Shown piece by piece: positions 20,801 to 29,652 of a stretch of DNA of 64,000 nt (position 1 is its first letter; every line of letters begins with the position of its first letter). The translations under genes were made by a program, and so were the position numbers. Source of the stretch: an uncultured Candidatus Saccharibacteria bacterium. Its GTDB lineage: Bacteria; Patescibacteriota; Saccharimonadia; Saccharimonadales; JAGQNJ01. The notes below the pieces were generated by a model that worked only from the letters and a program-made list of their open reading frames with translations, did no database searches and was not told where the DNA came from. The stretch lies in the NCBI GenBank assembly GCA_964584895.1, contig CAZPAW010000001.1:197053-261052 (forward strand). The letters run 5' to 3'.

Positions 20801-22934
20801 GGATGGTGAGGCTGATTTGGGCAATGGCATGAGCGGAATATCGGCTGACGCTACTTCCAGCGTGTCCTATATTGGTGGGCTAACTAGCGGAGAGCGTAAT
20901 ATTATATCTGGTAACGACAGCGATGGTATATATTTGGCCGATGGAACTGGCGATACCAGAATCCGCGGTAACTACATTGGCGTTGATGCTACAGGGGCAG
21001 TAGACCTAGGTAATACAGATGATGGAATAATTGCTGGCTCGACCGACATTATTATCGGTGGAACAGCAAGTGGAGCACGAAACGTTGTATCCGGGAATGG
21101 TGCAGAGGGTATAGAATTATCTTCTACCGCAACAACTGCTTTGGTCCAAGGTAATTATATTGGACTTAGCGCTAGTGGCAGTAGCGGTATCGGGAATACT
21201 AATATTGGTCTTAGCACAATGGGTATCAATACGATAGTTGGCGGTACGGCAAGCGGGGCAGAAAATGTCGTCTCAGATAACGGTGCTGGTGGAATTTCGG
21301 TCGATGGCGACGATACGACAGTAATCGGAAACCTAGTCGGAACAAGCGCAGATGGCTTGAGTGAAATTGGCAATACTAGTGTTGGTATTAAATCTGGTGG
21401 TGACAATGTAATTATTGGCGGAGATTCAGCCACCGAGCGTAATGTAGTAGCCGGCACAATAGTAGGTGGAAATTATGCTGGATCAGGTATCGTTCTGCTC
21501 AGTTTTGGATCAGGCGGAAGTGGTGGGGTTGTTAAGGGTAATTACGTTGGGACAAATATTAACGGTACAGTTGGTGGCGGGTTTGGCAACGGCGGATTCG
21601 GAATATTCGCAATCGGGGACTATTCAAATGGAGTTATCGGCGGTACAGCTAGTGGCGAGGGTAACAAAGTTGTGAGTAGCGGAATGAACGGAATAGGCGC
21701 GAACGGGTTCGCTGGCTTTGGTCTGTACACGAATAATATATCAATCTTAGGTAACCAAGTATATCAAAGTACCTCGACCGGCATTAGATTAATGGCAGAT
21801 ACTAATGGTGATTTTCAACCTGATACTCCGATTCCGTTCCCCAATGATGCGGGCGATGGTGATGTTGGGCCTAATGATTATCTTAACTTCCCAGTTCTTA
21901 ATAGTTCTTCGGCTTCTGCGGGCTCGTTGGATGTTAATTTTGATCTAGATATTCCTAATACTAATACTGGAGTAACCGGCTATAGACTAGAGTTTTTTGC
22001 TAACGACACAGGTGATGCGTCCGGTAATGGCGAGGGGCAGATATATCTTGGTTCGGCAAATGTGTCAGGAGATGTATCAAGCCATTCGGAGACAATAACT
22101 TTAGATCCTGGTGTCATCACCACCGGTGACTACGATATTTCGGCAACTGTCACTGAAATCGATGGTAGTGCTGATGGGTTTGGATCGACTAGCGAGTTTA
22201 GTGCATTCCTAGATAACCAAGAGATTATTCAGCCACTAGATAATGACGATGACGGAGTCAATGATGCTGTTGAAGATGCTGGCCCTAATGGTGGCGATGG
22301 TAATGACGATGGAACGCAGGATAGTGAACAAGCTAGCGTGGCAACAATTCTTGATGCCGAAAGCGACGATTACGTTACACTAGCACTTGATTCGGCTGGC
22401 GTGTGCGATCAGATAGATGATTTTGCATCAAAGCTTGAAAGCGAGCTATCTGAATCTGACCCTGACTTTATCTATCCGCTAACACTAGTAGAATTTACTA
22501 TTCCGTGTGAAGACAGCGTAGATGGAACATTATTCTGGCACGGCGAGGAAGAGTTCACTACTCAAATCTATCGTAAATTTGGCCCGACCACACCTGGCGA
22601 TGTTTCTTCGACAAGTTGGTACACGTCTGAACAATTTATAACGAGCACTGTAGATATTGACGGGAATGCTACAGCAACAGCTTCATTTACGTTGACCGAT
22701 GGTGAAGCAGGTGACGATACAGGCAATGATAATGTAATTGTAGATGCCAATGGTCCAGGCCTAGAAGTAGAAACAACTGACTCTGTAGTAGATAGTATCT
22801 CTAGCGCTGTATCAGACGCACTGTCGGCTACTGGAATGAACCAATACGGCATTTATGCAATAGCCGGCGCGTTAATTATCGGTGGATCGGTGTTTATTGT
22901 AAAACGAAAGTATCAAAGCAGAACTTCAAAGTAA
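17835..22934 (+). CDS. 1699-aa giant surface protein: two CTLREA-type N-terminal modules plus long parallel beta-helix (PbH1/NosD-like) repeat arrays, with C-terminal LSATG sorting signal
   Basis: Signal peptide. 'DGECTLREAIVASN' at residue ~50 and again at ~720. Dozens of 'N.ISGN...G(I/V)' beta-helix repeats. C-terminal 'LSATGMNQYGIYAIAGALIIGGSVFIVKRKYQSR'. Confidence 0.75.
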   Translation: MNQRVMIKTLSKHKKYLFFGIIMLVVFAVPITRVNAAATITVNSTADDQNNDGECTLREAIVASNTDTASGAAVGECTAGSGADTIEFDISGTGLKTIHISSGMPTITRTVTIDGYTQTDAVVNNADFPDAMNGTLTVEIDAAGESGIYGFDINGSQADGTVIKGLIVNDIPYETFYLTDVDNVSLEGNYIGTSSTGTVADGGSSHGVRIGGSSTGNMIGGATAAKRNVISGNGNTGVLFYGSALTTGNFVQGNFIGVGADGTTRIGNSQQGVASSEGPTGNIIGGDGVGEGNVISGNGGIGVYLSGTGGANTVQGNHIGTNAAGSAGVYNGQGGIVVSNADSNTIGGSIVGARNVISGNSAHGISIIDDSDNNDISGNYVGVGSDGSTAMPNGVHGLLIEGGSGSNTIGGTSSGERNIISGNSEAGVFISGPTVNSNIVQGNYIGTDDTGAVDVGNGSYGLVLDNSPSNTVGGTTGVTVGGDCTGSCNVISGNGDDAIWLYGDSADNNVIKGNHIGTNVAGTGDLGNGGRGVNITFSADGTLVGGTTASDANLIRFNDVRGVSIPNSGSINNAIIGNSLYQNAISNIDLSEDGVTANDANDADNGPNDLLNYPEWGLFDDDSGDTEVTYDLDVPAGDYRIETFSDNGKTLVDSQNITHTGSGAESFSNTITGNNYSNLRMTATEIDGGLSSGFGSTSEYSEAYSDGTEIITVNSTADDSNDDGECTLREAITAANDNTESGISDGECIAGAATDTIEFDIAGAGPHTIQPGAALPSITADGTTINGYSETGAVENSGDYSACFVGTIMIEIDGQNAGSVSGLTISAENVTIRGLAINRFTYSGVYIGSASGTVVAGNILGLDDAGLVDHGNGDAGVDIRSTGDTLIGGTTAADRNLISGNEGFGGISSYADTGTITISGNCIGTDATGDTAIPNNHSGINLYQAEANMVIGGDTTHERNIISGNDENGISISESNVGDIKGNYIGVDADGEADLGNGMSGISADATSSVSYIGGLTSGERNIISGNDSDGIYLADGTGDTRIRGNYIGVDATGAVDLGNTDDGIIAGSTDIIIGGTASGARNVVSGNGAEGIELSSTATTALVQGNYIGLSASGSSGIGNTNIGLSTMGINTIVGGTASGAENVVSDNGAGGISVDGDDTTVIGNLVGTSADGLSEIGNTSVGIKSGGDNVIIGGDSATERNVVAGTIVGGNYAGSGIVLLSFGSGGSGGVVKGNYVGTNINGTVGGGFGNGGFGIFAIGDYSNGVIGGTASGEGNKVVSSGMNGIGANGFAGFGLYTNNISILGNQVYQSTSTGIRLMADTNGDFQPDTPIPFPNDAGDGDVGPNDYLNFPVLNSSSASAGSLDVNFDLDIPNTNTGVTGYRLEFFANDTGDASGNGEGQIYLGSANVSGDVSSHSETITLDPGVITTGDYDISATVTEIDGSADGFGSTSEFSAFLDNQEIIQPLDNDDDGVNDAVEDAGPNGGDGNDDGTQDSEQASVATILDAESDDYVTLALDSAGVCDQIDDFASKLESELSESDPDFIYPLTLVEFTIPCEDSVDGTLFWHGEEEFTTQIYRKFGPTTPGDVSSTSWYTSEQFITSTVDIDGNATATASFTLTDGEAGDDTGNDNVIVDANGPGLEVETTDSVVDSISSAVSDALSATGMNQYGIYAIAGALIIGGSVFIVKRKYQSRTSK

Positions 22935-23009
22935 GCGGTATTAGTAGTTGTAATATTAGTTAAACTGACAGATAATATACATAAGCATTTTATAAGGGGA
23001 GTTAGAATT

Positions 23010-25469
23010 GTGGGAGTAGGTTTATCCCAGATTGTAGATAATCAAAATAATAAATTATTTGCGATATCGTTATTACTCGGCGTCAGTATAATCTCGGTGT
23101 TAATCTTTAGCGGACAAGTAGTTAGGGCTGCTGCAGATACTTGTACCTGGACGGGCTCTGGAGCAGATACGAATATTAGTACAGCTGGAAATTGGAGTGG
23201 GTGCGATAATGGCAATGTCCCTCAGGACGGGGACACACTAGTATTCCCATCTGGCCCCACTAACAAAGCAGTTACGGTTGACTCGGATATGGGATTTAAT
23301 GGTATTACATTTAATGGTAGTGGTTACACTGTTGCATCTGTGGCGTTTGAATCTCTCGGTGTCTATACCAGCCTGACTATTAGTGGCAACAACAACATAT
23401 TTAGTGGATATGTTCGGTTATATCCAACAACCACAGCCACCATAAATCACAGTGGTACTGGGACAAGTTTTTCTCATTATATTGTCATACAACCTTTAGC
23501 TGATAATACGGATGTTGTATTGAACACTGTAACAGACCTAGCTGTTCCAATGATTTCACAGACTGCGGTAGGGGCTGGAAGTTCAGTCGACACAGTCGCA
23601 AAATCAGGTGCTGGGACGCTAGATATCACTGGGACTGCGATTTCAGGTGTTATTACTAGCGGTGGTATTCACATTGAAGAAGGTCGCTGGCAATGTGATT
23701 CAACAAATTGCCTTGGCAATAGTGCAAACGAAATTATCCTAGATGAAGGTGGCGATGAAGACGGTGCTGAACTAAAGATTAATCATGGCGGAACAGTCAG
23801 TAACCCTATTACTTCTGCAGCGGTCACGGGAGAAAACGGCTCTGTAATTATTTCTGCAAGCGCGACACTAAATGGCGATATTACTGTCACTGATAGTTTG
23901 AATATGTTTGTGACTGGCTCTACAAGTGCCAATATTGATTCTGATATAGCGGTCGCTGATGGCAAAAATCTTGTAAGTTATGGCTCGGAAGGTTATGCGA
24001 CAAACGCTTACGATTACGGCGGTATCATATCTGGCGATGGGGGTTTGATTATTGATAATGCCCATGTGACGTTGAGCGGAATGTCTAATACTTATACTGG
24101 TTCGACAGAGCTAAATAACGCCGCATTGCTTACCGTGACAAATAATAATTCACAGGGCGCACAAACATCAGGAACTGTCGTCAATAATGGCACAACACTA
24201 GAATATGACGCAGGGAGTAGCATCGGTTTTGGAGAGCCAATTACTGTTGAGGGTACTGGTGTGGGTGGTAGCTATCCGGGAGCGTTAGTTAAAACTGGTC
24301 AAAACATGCAGATTGAAGGTGGTATTACCTTGACTGATGATACAACGTTCCATAATGCGACAAGCGAGTTATTTGAAATCACCTCTGTAATTACCGGTAA
24401 TTATAACTTAACATTAACTAACGTCGAAGACGATGGTGGATTCAATATGCAACCAGGTGCGGAAAATTACTTTGGTAACCTAATTGCAACCGGTACAGAA
24501 CTCACGATAGCAGGTTCTGGCAATACAGCGATTCCAAATAATCTAACCATCAATGCTGTAGACGGCAAGTCTTCTTATGTACTATTAAACAGCGACAATG
24601 TCATTGCAGATGATTCGGTAATTACGCTTAATAACGATAGTACCGAAATCGCCAAACTGATAAGCAGTGGAGTAGCGGATTCAGTAGGCACAATTATAGG
24701 CGACGGCACCATTTCGATGCTGGATTCTGATTCACGCTTTAACATTGGATACGGCGACACTGACGGCACTTTTGAAGGTGTTGTAGAAGGCTATACTAAT
24801 TCTCAATTTCAGATCACTGATGGTATATGGACCTTTTCTGGTGATAATACGGACGTTGGTAATGGGTTCTCTAGTTACTATGTTAACGGCGGGAAATTTG
24901 TTGCTGATGCTATTAATACAAGTCTTGGATTCTCCCCGTTTAGCATTAGCTCGGGTGTGCTGGGCGGAACCGATGTAATAGGGCAAGTCAGCGTATATGG
25001 TGGTACAATCGCCCCTGGAAACAGCCCAGGTTGCTTAAACCCTGCCGGTGACGTGGCCTTTACAGATGAGCTTTCTATTTTGAATGTCGAGCTTAACGGC
25101 ACTACTGTCTGCAGTGAATATGACAAGCTTGCAGCCAGTGGAATTGTCTACCTTAATGATGCGACGCTAAATGTAGACTTAGGTTTTGTTCCATCAGCCG
25201 GCGACACATTTACAATTGTAGAGGGTTCTTCAATTGTTGGTACATTTTCTGGTCTTGCTGATGACGATACATTTACTGTTGGCAGCAGAACAATGAAGAT
25301 TAACTACAATGCTACTTCGGTTGTTGTAACTGATGTCACAGCAGATTCAGCAAGCTCTTCAACAACAGATTCGTTAGCAAATACAGGTGTTAGCCAACTG
25401 TTCTTTTTTGGTTTAGTAATTGTATTATTTGGTGGGTCAGCTCTGGTACTCAAGAAGAAAAATCTGTAA
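23010..25469 (+). CDS. autotransporter-passenger-like surface protein (PATR repeats, pertactin-like beta-helix) with LANTG sortase signal in place of a beta-barrel
   Basis: GTG start after a GGGGAG RBS. 'CTWTGSGADTNISTAGNWSG...VPQDGDTLVF' (PATR). 'GGTIAPGNSPGCLN' SPG motif. C-terminal 'LANTGVSQLFFFGLVIVLFGGSALVLKKKNL'. Confidence 0.65.
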   Translation: MGVGLSQIVDNQNNKLFAISLLLGVSIISVLIFSGQVVRAAADTCTWTGSGADTNISTAGNWSGCDNGNVPQDGDTLVFPSGPTNKAVTVDSDMGFNGITFNGSGYTVASVAFESLGVYTSLTISGNNNIFSGYVRLYPTTTATINHSGTGTSFSHYIVIQPLADNTDVVLNTVTDLAVPMISQTAVGAGSSVDTVAKSGAGTLDITGTAISGVITSGGIHIEEGRWQCDSTNCLGNSANEIILDEGGDEDGAELKINHGGTVSNPITSAAVTGENGSVIISASATLNGDITVTDSLNMFVTGSTSANIDSDIAVADGKNLVSYGSEGYATNAYDYGGIISGDGGLIIDNAHVTLSGMSNTYTGSTELNNAALLTVTNNNSQGAQTSGTVVNNGTTLEYDAGSSIGFGEPITVEGTGVGGSYPGALVKTGQNMQIEGGITLTDDTTFHNATSELFEITSVITGNYNLTLTNVEDDGGFNMQPGAENYFGNLIATGTELTIAGSGNTAIPNNLTINAVDGKSSYVLLNSDNVIADDSVITLNNDSTEIAKLISSGVADSVGTIIGDGTISMLDSDSRFNIGYGDTDGTFEGVVEGYTNSQFQITDGIWTFSGDNTDVGNGFSSYYVNGGKFVADAINTSLGFSPFSISSGVLGGTDVIGQVSVYGGTIAPGNSPGCLNPAGDVAFTDELSILNVELNGTTVCSEYDKLAASGIVYLNDATLNVDLGFVPSAGDTFTIVEGSSIVGTFSGLADDDTFTVGSRTMKINYNATSVVVTDVTADSASSSTTDSLANTGVSQLFFFGLVIVLFGGSALVLKKKNL

Positions 25470-25548
25470 ATAACTAAGTTAGTTTGTTATAATCACATCT
25501 GTTACGTAGTAATTTTTTTAGTTACTCGTTGACGAGGGGATGTAGCTC

Positions 25549-25597
25549 GGTGTGAGAATTGCCTGTGGTAATTCGTAAGGGAATCAACTTCTCAAAA
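25549..25597 (+). repeat. copy 1 of a ~50-90 nt hairpin-containing repeat flanking a tRNA; diverged counterpart at 25787..25836
   Basis: The two copies align at ~75% identity. The internal hairpin carries compensatory changes: GAATTGCC/GGTAATTC versus AAATGCCA/TGGCATTT. Confidence 0.45.
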
Positions 25598-25678
25598 CTT
25601 GATTTGATGAAGTTGTGACTGGGTCGCCAGAGGTGACTAGATCACTATTAACATTTTTTAACAAAATTCATCTTTGGG

Positions 25679-25754
25679 GGGGCTGTAGCTCAGGGGTTAG
25701 AGCAGTCGGCTCATAACCGATTGGTCGCAGGTTCAAATCCTGCCAGCCCCACCA
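25679..25754 (+). tRNA. tRNA with CAT anticodon, elongator-type (Met, or Ile2 if lysidine-modified); CCA encoded
   Basis: Cloverleaf read directly: acceptor GGGGCTG/CAGCCCC, D-arm GCTC-AGGGGTTA-GAGC, anticodon loop CTCATAA, T-arm GCAGG-TTCAAAT-CCTGC, then A-CCA. C11:G24 is the elongator type. Confidence 0.8.
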
Positions 25755-25786
25755 TAGCTGAGTTTTGTTTTAACCGATTGGTCGAA

Positions 25787-25836
25787 GGTGAGAAATGCCT
25801 TGAATGGCATTTCGCAAGGCAGTCAACTCTTGCAAA
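25787..25836 (+). repeat. copy 2 of the tRNA-flanking hairpin repeat
   Basis: Preceded by 'AACCGATTGGTCGAAGGT', a near-copy of the anticodon-to-T-arm segment of the adjacent tRNA. Alignment to copy 1 is given in that entry. Confidence 0.45.
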
Positions 25837-26194
25837 TTTGTTTGCAAAGATGTTGCTACGGGGTTGCAGAATGTGACCAATTCCTACCACCCCCACCATC
25901 CATCTAATGGCGATTATTGGATATCCGATGACTACTGGAGAATTATAGATCTAACAACACAGCCTCAAAAACTCGAAGAAGAGGACGGAGAACGCCTAAC
26001 TCGCTCGATAGTCAGGCTAAATGACAATTATAACTTGATAGCAAGCAGACTCGGGCCAACCCTACAAAAAGCTTATGATGGCGTTGCTGAACAAATAAAT
26101 GACTTAAACCATGATGACCCAAATAGACGCATGATTCCTCCTATGCAGCAAAAGCGCTAAATTTGCTTTAATTCTTGATACAATTAAGCTGTAG

Positions 26195-26650
26195 ATGCTT
26201 GAAGAAATAAAAAATAGAATTATTAATTATTCAAAATCTTTGACCGACATTAGGGTGCTTGGCCAAACATTATTTGTGTTGATTATTTTATTGGTAAGTT
26301 GGAGTGGTATAAAAGCGATTCAAAAAAATTATGAATTGCAAAAACAGATATCAAAATTAGAACAAGAGGTTGAGATTGCACAATTAGAGAACGAAAATCA
26401 AAAACTAAATAATTTGTATCTAGAGACGGATCAATTCTTAGAATTATCTGCTCGACGGCAATTTGGACTTGGTGCCCCAGGCGAAAAATTATTAGTCGTT
26501 CCTAAAGAGGTTGCGCTGGCAAATTCAGTAAAGCTGGTGGCTAAATCAGATAATGTGAAAAAAGTAGAAAAACCAAAGTATCAACAAAATTTAGAAGCAT
26601 GGATTAGCTTTTTTTTCAGAGGCTCACAGAATAGGTTGACAGAGGAATGA
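26195..26650 (+). CDS. FtsB/DivIC-like septum formation initiator (N-terminal TM plus coiled coil)
   Basis: TM 'LGQTLFVLIILLVSWSG', then 'NYELQKQISKLEQEVEIAQLENENQKLNN' leucine-zipper-like coiled coil. Confidence 0.5.
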   Translation: MLEEIKNRIINYSKSLTDIRVLGQTLFVLIILLVSWSGIKAIQKNYELQKQISKLEQEVEIAQLENENQKLNNLYLETDQFLELSARRQFGLGAPGEKLLVVPKEVALANSVKLVAKSDNVKKVEKPKYQQNLEAWISFFFRGSQNRLTEE

Positions 26651-26655
26651 GCCTA

Positions 26656-28230
26656 CTAAAGTTGCATGCGATCTTTTAGAGGCGAGATGCGTGCGTCCAC
26701 CCGTCCTACGATATATTGAATATCTATCGGACCGTTAATTCTAGAATCTAGTGATTCAGGTCTATTATCTCCGCTAACAAAAACTTCATTTTCGGCTAAT
26801 GTAATATCGATATTATCTTCATCGCCGATATTATAGGTATCTTCCCAATCACTACTTTTATCTGGGTTAAATCCTTTTGGATTTTCTTGATTGTAGACAA
26901 GCACTATGCCTTTGTTTACGGTTATACGCTCTCCTGGTAAACCAAGTACTCGTTTGACTACATATTCGGGACCTTCTTTTTCATTATCATCTACTAACGA
27001 AGGAGAAGGTTTTTGAAATATAATCACTTCACCTCGCTTCGGTATATATTTTTGGCTATTGATATTTGCCCATGTCCTTGATGATTTGTTGACCAGCAGT
27101 TTGTCATCATCTTTTAAGGTGTTTTCCATACTAATACCGTCAACCCTAAAAATCTCGACTATATAATAATCTACAATAATAATAAACAAAGAAATCGAGG
27201 CTATTGCAAACACTGGCATAGCAACTTTCACAACCCTCACTAAATTATCTTTGGCTTTGGTGATAGTAGCTGGTTGAGATGGGATATCGTTGGTTGGAAT
27301 AATGTCGTCAGGGCTCGCGATAGAATTATTGTCTGTCGATACTGGGGTTGGCTGTACTATTCCATGGTTAATCTTCCATTGTCGTTTGCGGTTAATAATT
27401 CGGATTATCATTAATGTAATAAATATTAGTAATGTAGCGAAAAATAGTACGACAACGACTTGAATCCAAACACGATTACTATTAAAAGTACGGTAAATTA
27501 AATTTCCAAAGTCTTTGGTAAAACTAACATATACTTTATCTTCGATGACTACTTTTTGCCCGGATTTATAGATGATAACTCTAGAGAGTGTTTGATTACC
27601 AGCCGGTACTAGGCGTAAATTAAAATCCTCAATACCTGTAGTGGTGTATTGGTATTTACTTCCGACGTAGTATTCAACTTTTTCAATCTTGTCATCTTTA
27701 GGATCAGTAACCTGAGCAATCACAAGATCATTTTCAGCTAGTGATGTGTATTTCGGTTCAATAAAGCCTGATTGACCAGATATTTTAACAAAACACTGTT
27801 TCTCTGGAATACAGGGCGGGTTTTGTTTTGGGACTATTAATACTCTAGGACGATTTGCGTCCGGCATGTTATAAAAAATTTCTGACGACAAAATAAAACG
27901 ATAAGAGTTATCTTTAGTATTATTCCAGCTACCAATCTTTGTCCATTTTTCGCCACTGGCTGTAGTTGATCCAATTTTTTTACATGATGTCTCGCCCTCT
28001 ATTTCTAAACTAACCTTAGATGATTGACCTCGCTTACCTAGTTTTACATAAATATCATATGATCCTGTTCTAGTATCTGTCCTGCCATCATAATAATTAA
28101 TTGTATTTTGATTACATTGATCGTCTTGGGTTTGTTGTGCGCTGGCTATTGATGACGATAATGTGCTACTCGCTAAAAGCAAAAATAAACAAATTAATAA
28201 TGCTCGAATCGAGATTTTTTTAGCAATCAT
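26656..28230 (-). CDS. lepB: signal peptidase I (S26) with an unusually long (~330 aa) N-terminal extracellular extension
   Basis: Box B 'DGISMENTL', box D 'VKRVLGLPGERI', box E 'GDNRPESLDSR'. N-terminal signal peptide plus large domain plus TM ahead of the catalytic domain. Confidence 0.8.
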   Translation of the reverse strand: MIAKKISIRALLICLFLLLASSTLSSSIASAQQTQDDQCNQNTINYYDGRTDTRTGSYDIYVKLGKRGQSSKVSLEIEGETSCKKIGSTTASGEKWTKIGSWNNTKDNSYRFILSSEIFYNMPDANRPRVLIVPKQNPPCIPEKQCFVKISGQSGFIEPKYTSLAENDLVIAQVTDPKDDKIEKVEYYVGSKYQYTTTGIEDFNLRLVPAGNQTLSRVIIYKSGQKVVIEDKVYVSFTKDFGNLIYRTFNSNRVWIQVVVVLFFATLLIFITLMIIRIINRKRQWKINHGIVQPTPVSTDNNSIASPDDIIPTNDIPSQPATITKAKDNLVRVVKVAMPVFAIASISLFIIIVDYYIVEIFRVDGISMENTLKDDDKLLVNKSSRTWANINSQKYIPKRGEVIIFQKPSPSLVDDNEKEGPEYVVKRVLGLPGERITVNKGIVLVYNQENPKGFNPDKSSDWEDTYNIGDEDNIDITLAENEVFVSGDNRPESLDSRINGPIDIQYIVGRVDARISPLKDRMQL

Positions 28231-28396
28231 TGTGTATATAATATGCTTTTTTATCGTCAGTACTAAAAAATAATTGCGATAAAGACCGAGATTTATCCAC
28301 AGCTACGGTTGCGCATATGCTTATAATCGCGTATAAATATCAGTGAATATCAAAGCGTAACTATAAAAAGTGCAAAAATAAATAAAGGAAAAAAGT

Positions 28397-29566
28397 ATGA
28401 AATTTTTTAGCTCTATTAAAAAATTAAACCAAAAAGGTTTCAGCCACGTTGAGTTTTTTCTAGTGTTGGTTGTTGTAGTTGCAGTAGGAGGGATAGGTTT
28501 TTATGTATATAAAAACTCAACTGACAGCACAAAAGAAAGTAGCGCAGCTTCAGAACCTGTGATTGCAGTTGCGGCTCCTATTCCAAATAGATTAGAATCT
28601 GGTCCAATCCGAACTGCATTTAAAGATCAGATTAATGCTAGGGCAGCTGTTGAGGCACCGCGAACTACCGTTATGCCAACATGCGATGGCGACAAGGGTA
28701 CCCGAGGCGCAAGAGTCGAGTTAGTTTGGGTAGATGGCAAAAACTTCCTGGATAAACAAGCGAATATACGGGAAGCAAAAAGCGATATTCGTAAGATTGC
28801 CGCCGGTGTAGATTCTGTTTTCATAGAGTCAGCAAAAACTCAAAATACACGCTATATGGTACGTTGGCCACGAGACAGCAAGTGCAATATTAAGGTCAGG
28901 ACACTCGGCCTCAAACAAAAAGATTTTGAAAAACTGCAGTTTGCACTTAAGGGAGGTCCTCAAAACAAAAACCCAGAAAAAGCTTACAAAATCCTTCGTC
29001 GAGCAGGGCTTGACCAAAATAGTCGTAAATACATGGTATTCACAAGGGTAACTAACAAAATAAAAATGTGTGGTTATGACTTTATGCCATTCCAAGATGA
29101 TCGACCTGGGCAAGAGAATAAAAACAATCGATTAAGTAGTATGCAGATTATTAATAGACAGTGTTGGATTGGGAAGGGCGATGCAGATCAAGCAAAAAAA
29201 ATCGATATGTTTGTGCAAAATGCTGCCTTTCAGCTAGTGCATACACTAGGCGGACCACAAAAGAGTGCGCCAAATGCCTTTAAGATTGATGGATCATTCT
29301 TGGGCGACGGTGCTGAAAAACTAAAATTCGTCTACAACGTAACACAGTATGATGATCTACTAGGATACTATGGTCCGCTTGAGCATGAAAAAAGTGAAGA
29401 TTGTGAAACGACTGCCACCAATCTACGAGCTGTAATGCTAGATTGTGGTAATGACGACTACTTCAATACATTAGGTGATACTATCAGCGATGAAAACTAT
29501 CTGAAAACACACTGGAATATAGCCAACAGTCGCTTTATCGAAAAAGTACCTAACAATACGCCTTAA
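28397..29566 (+). CDS. type IV pilin-like protein with large C-terminal domain
   Basis: Class III signal 'KKLNQKG|FSHVEFFLVLVVVVAVGGIGFYVY' (G-1, E+5) followed by a 350-aa Cys-containing domain. Confidence 0.65.
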   Translation: MKFFSSIKKLNQKGFSHVEFFLVLVVVVAVGGIGFYVYKNSTDSTKESSAASEPVIAVAAPIPNRLESGPIRTAFKDQINARAAVEAPRTTVMPTCDGDKGTRGARVELVWVDGKNFLDKQANIREAKSDIRKIAAGVDSVFIESAKTQNTRYMVRWPRDSKCNIKVRTLGLKQKDFEKLQFALKGGPQNKNPEKAYKILRRAGLDQNSRKYMVFTRVTNKIKMCGYDFMPFQDDRPGQENKNNRLSSMQIINRQCWIGKGDADQAKKIDMFVQNAAFQLVHTLGGPQKSAPNAFKIDGSFLGDGAEKLKFVYNVTQYDDLLGYYGPLEHEKSEDCETTATNLRAVMLDCGNDDYFNTLGDTISDENYLKTHWNIANSRFIEKVPNNTP

Positions 29567-29587
29567 GTGTACTAACCAAGTCATTAA

Positions 29588-29625
29588 TAAAGAGCCTAGC
29601 AAAACTGCAGGCTCTTTATTAATTA
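29588..29625 (+). terminator. rho-independent terminator (AAAGAGCCT...AGGCTCTTT followed by a T-rich run)
   Basis: Perfect 9-bp stem with an 11-nt loop, then ATTAATTATT. Confidence 0.6.
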
Positions 29626-29652
29626 TTCTAACCATATGAGATAATTATTATA

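Noticed and set aside
19859-21457. Minus-strand ORFs inside the giant surface-protein genes (19920..20279, 19859..20137, 21155..21457 and similar)
   Set aside because: These are antisense reading frames that stay open because the sense strand is repetitive Gly/Thr/Asn-rich coding. No RBS, and they are fully nested in clearly real genes.
25537-25610. Possible second tRNA starting GGGGATGTAGCTCGGTG
   Set aside because: Only the first ~17 nt look tRNA-like. No D-stem complement, anticodon arm or T-arm can be folded. Treated as a tRNA-fragment-like remnant (see finding), not a gene.
25711-25899. 62-aa minus-strand ORF overlapping the tRNA at 25679..25754
   Set aside because: It overlaps a well-folding tRNA gene, so it is spurious.
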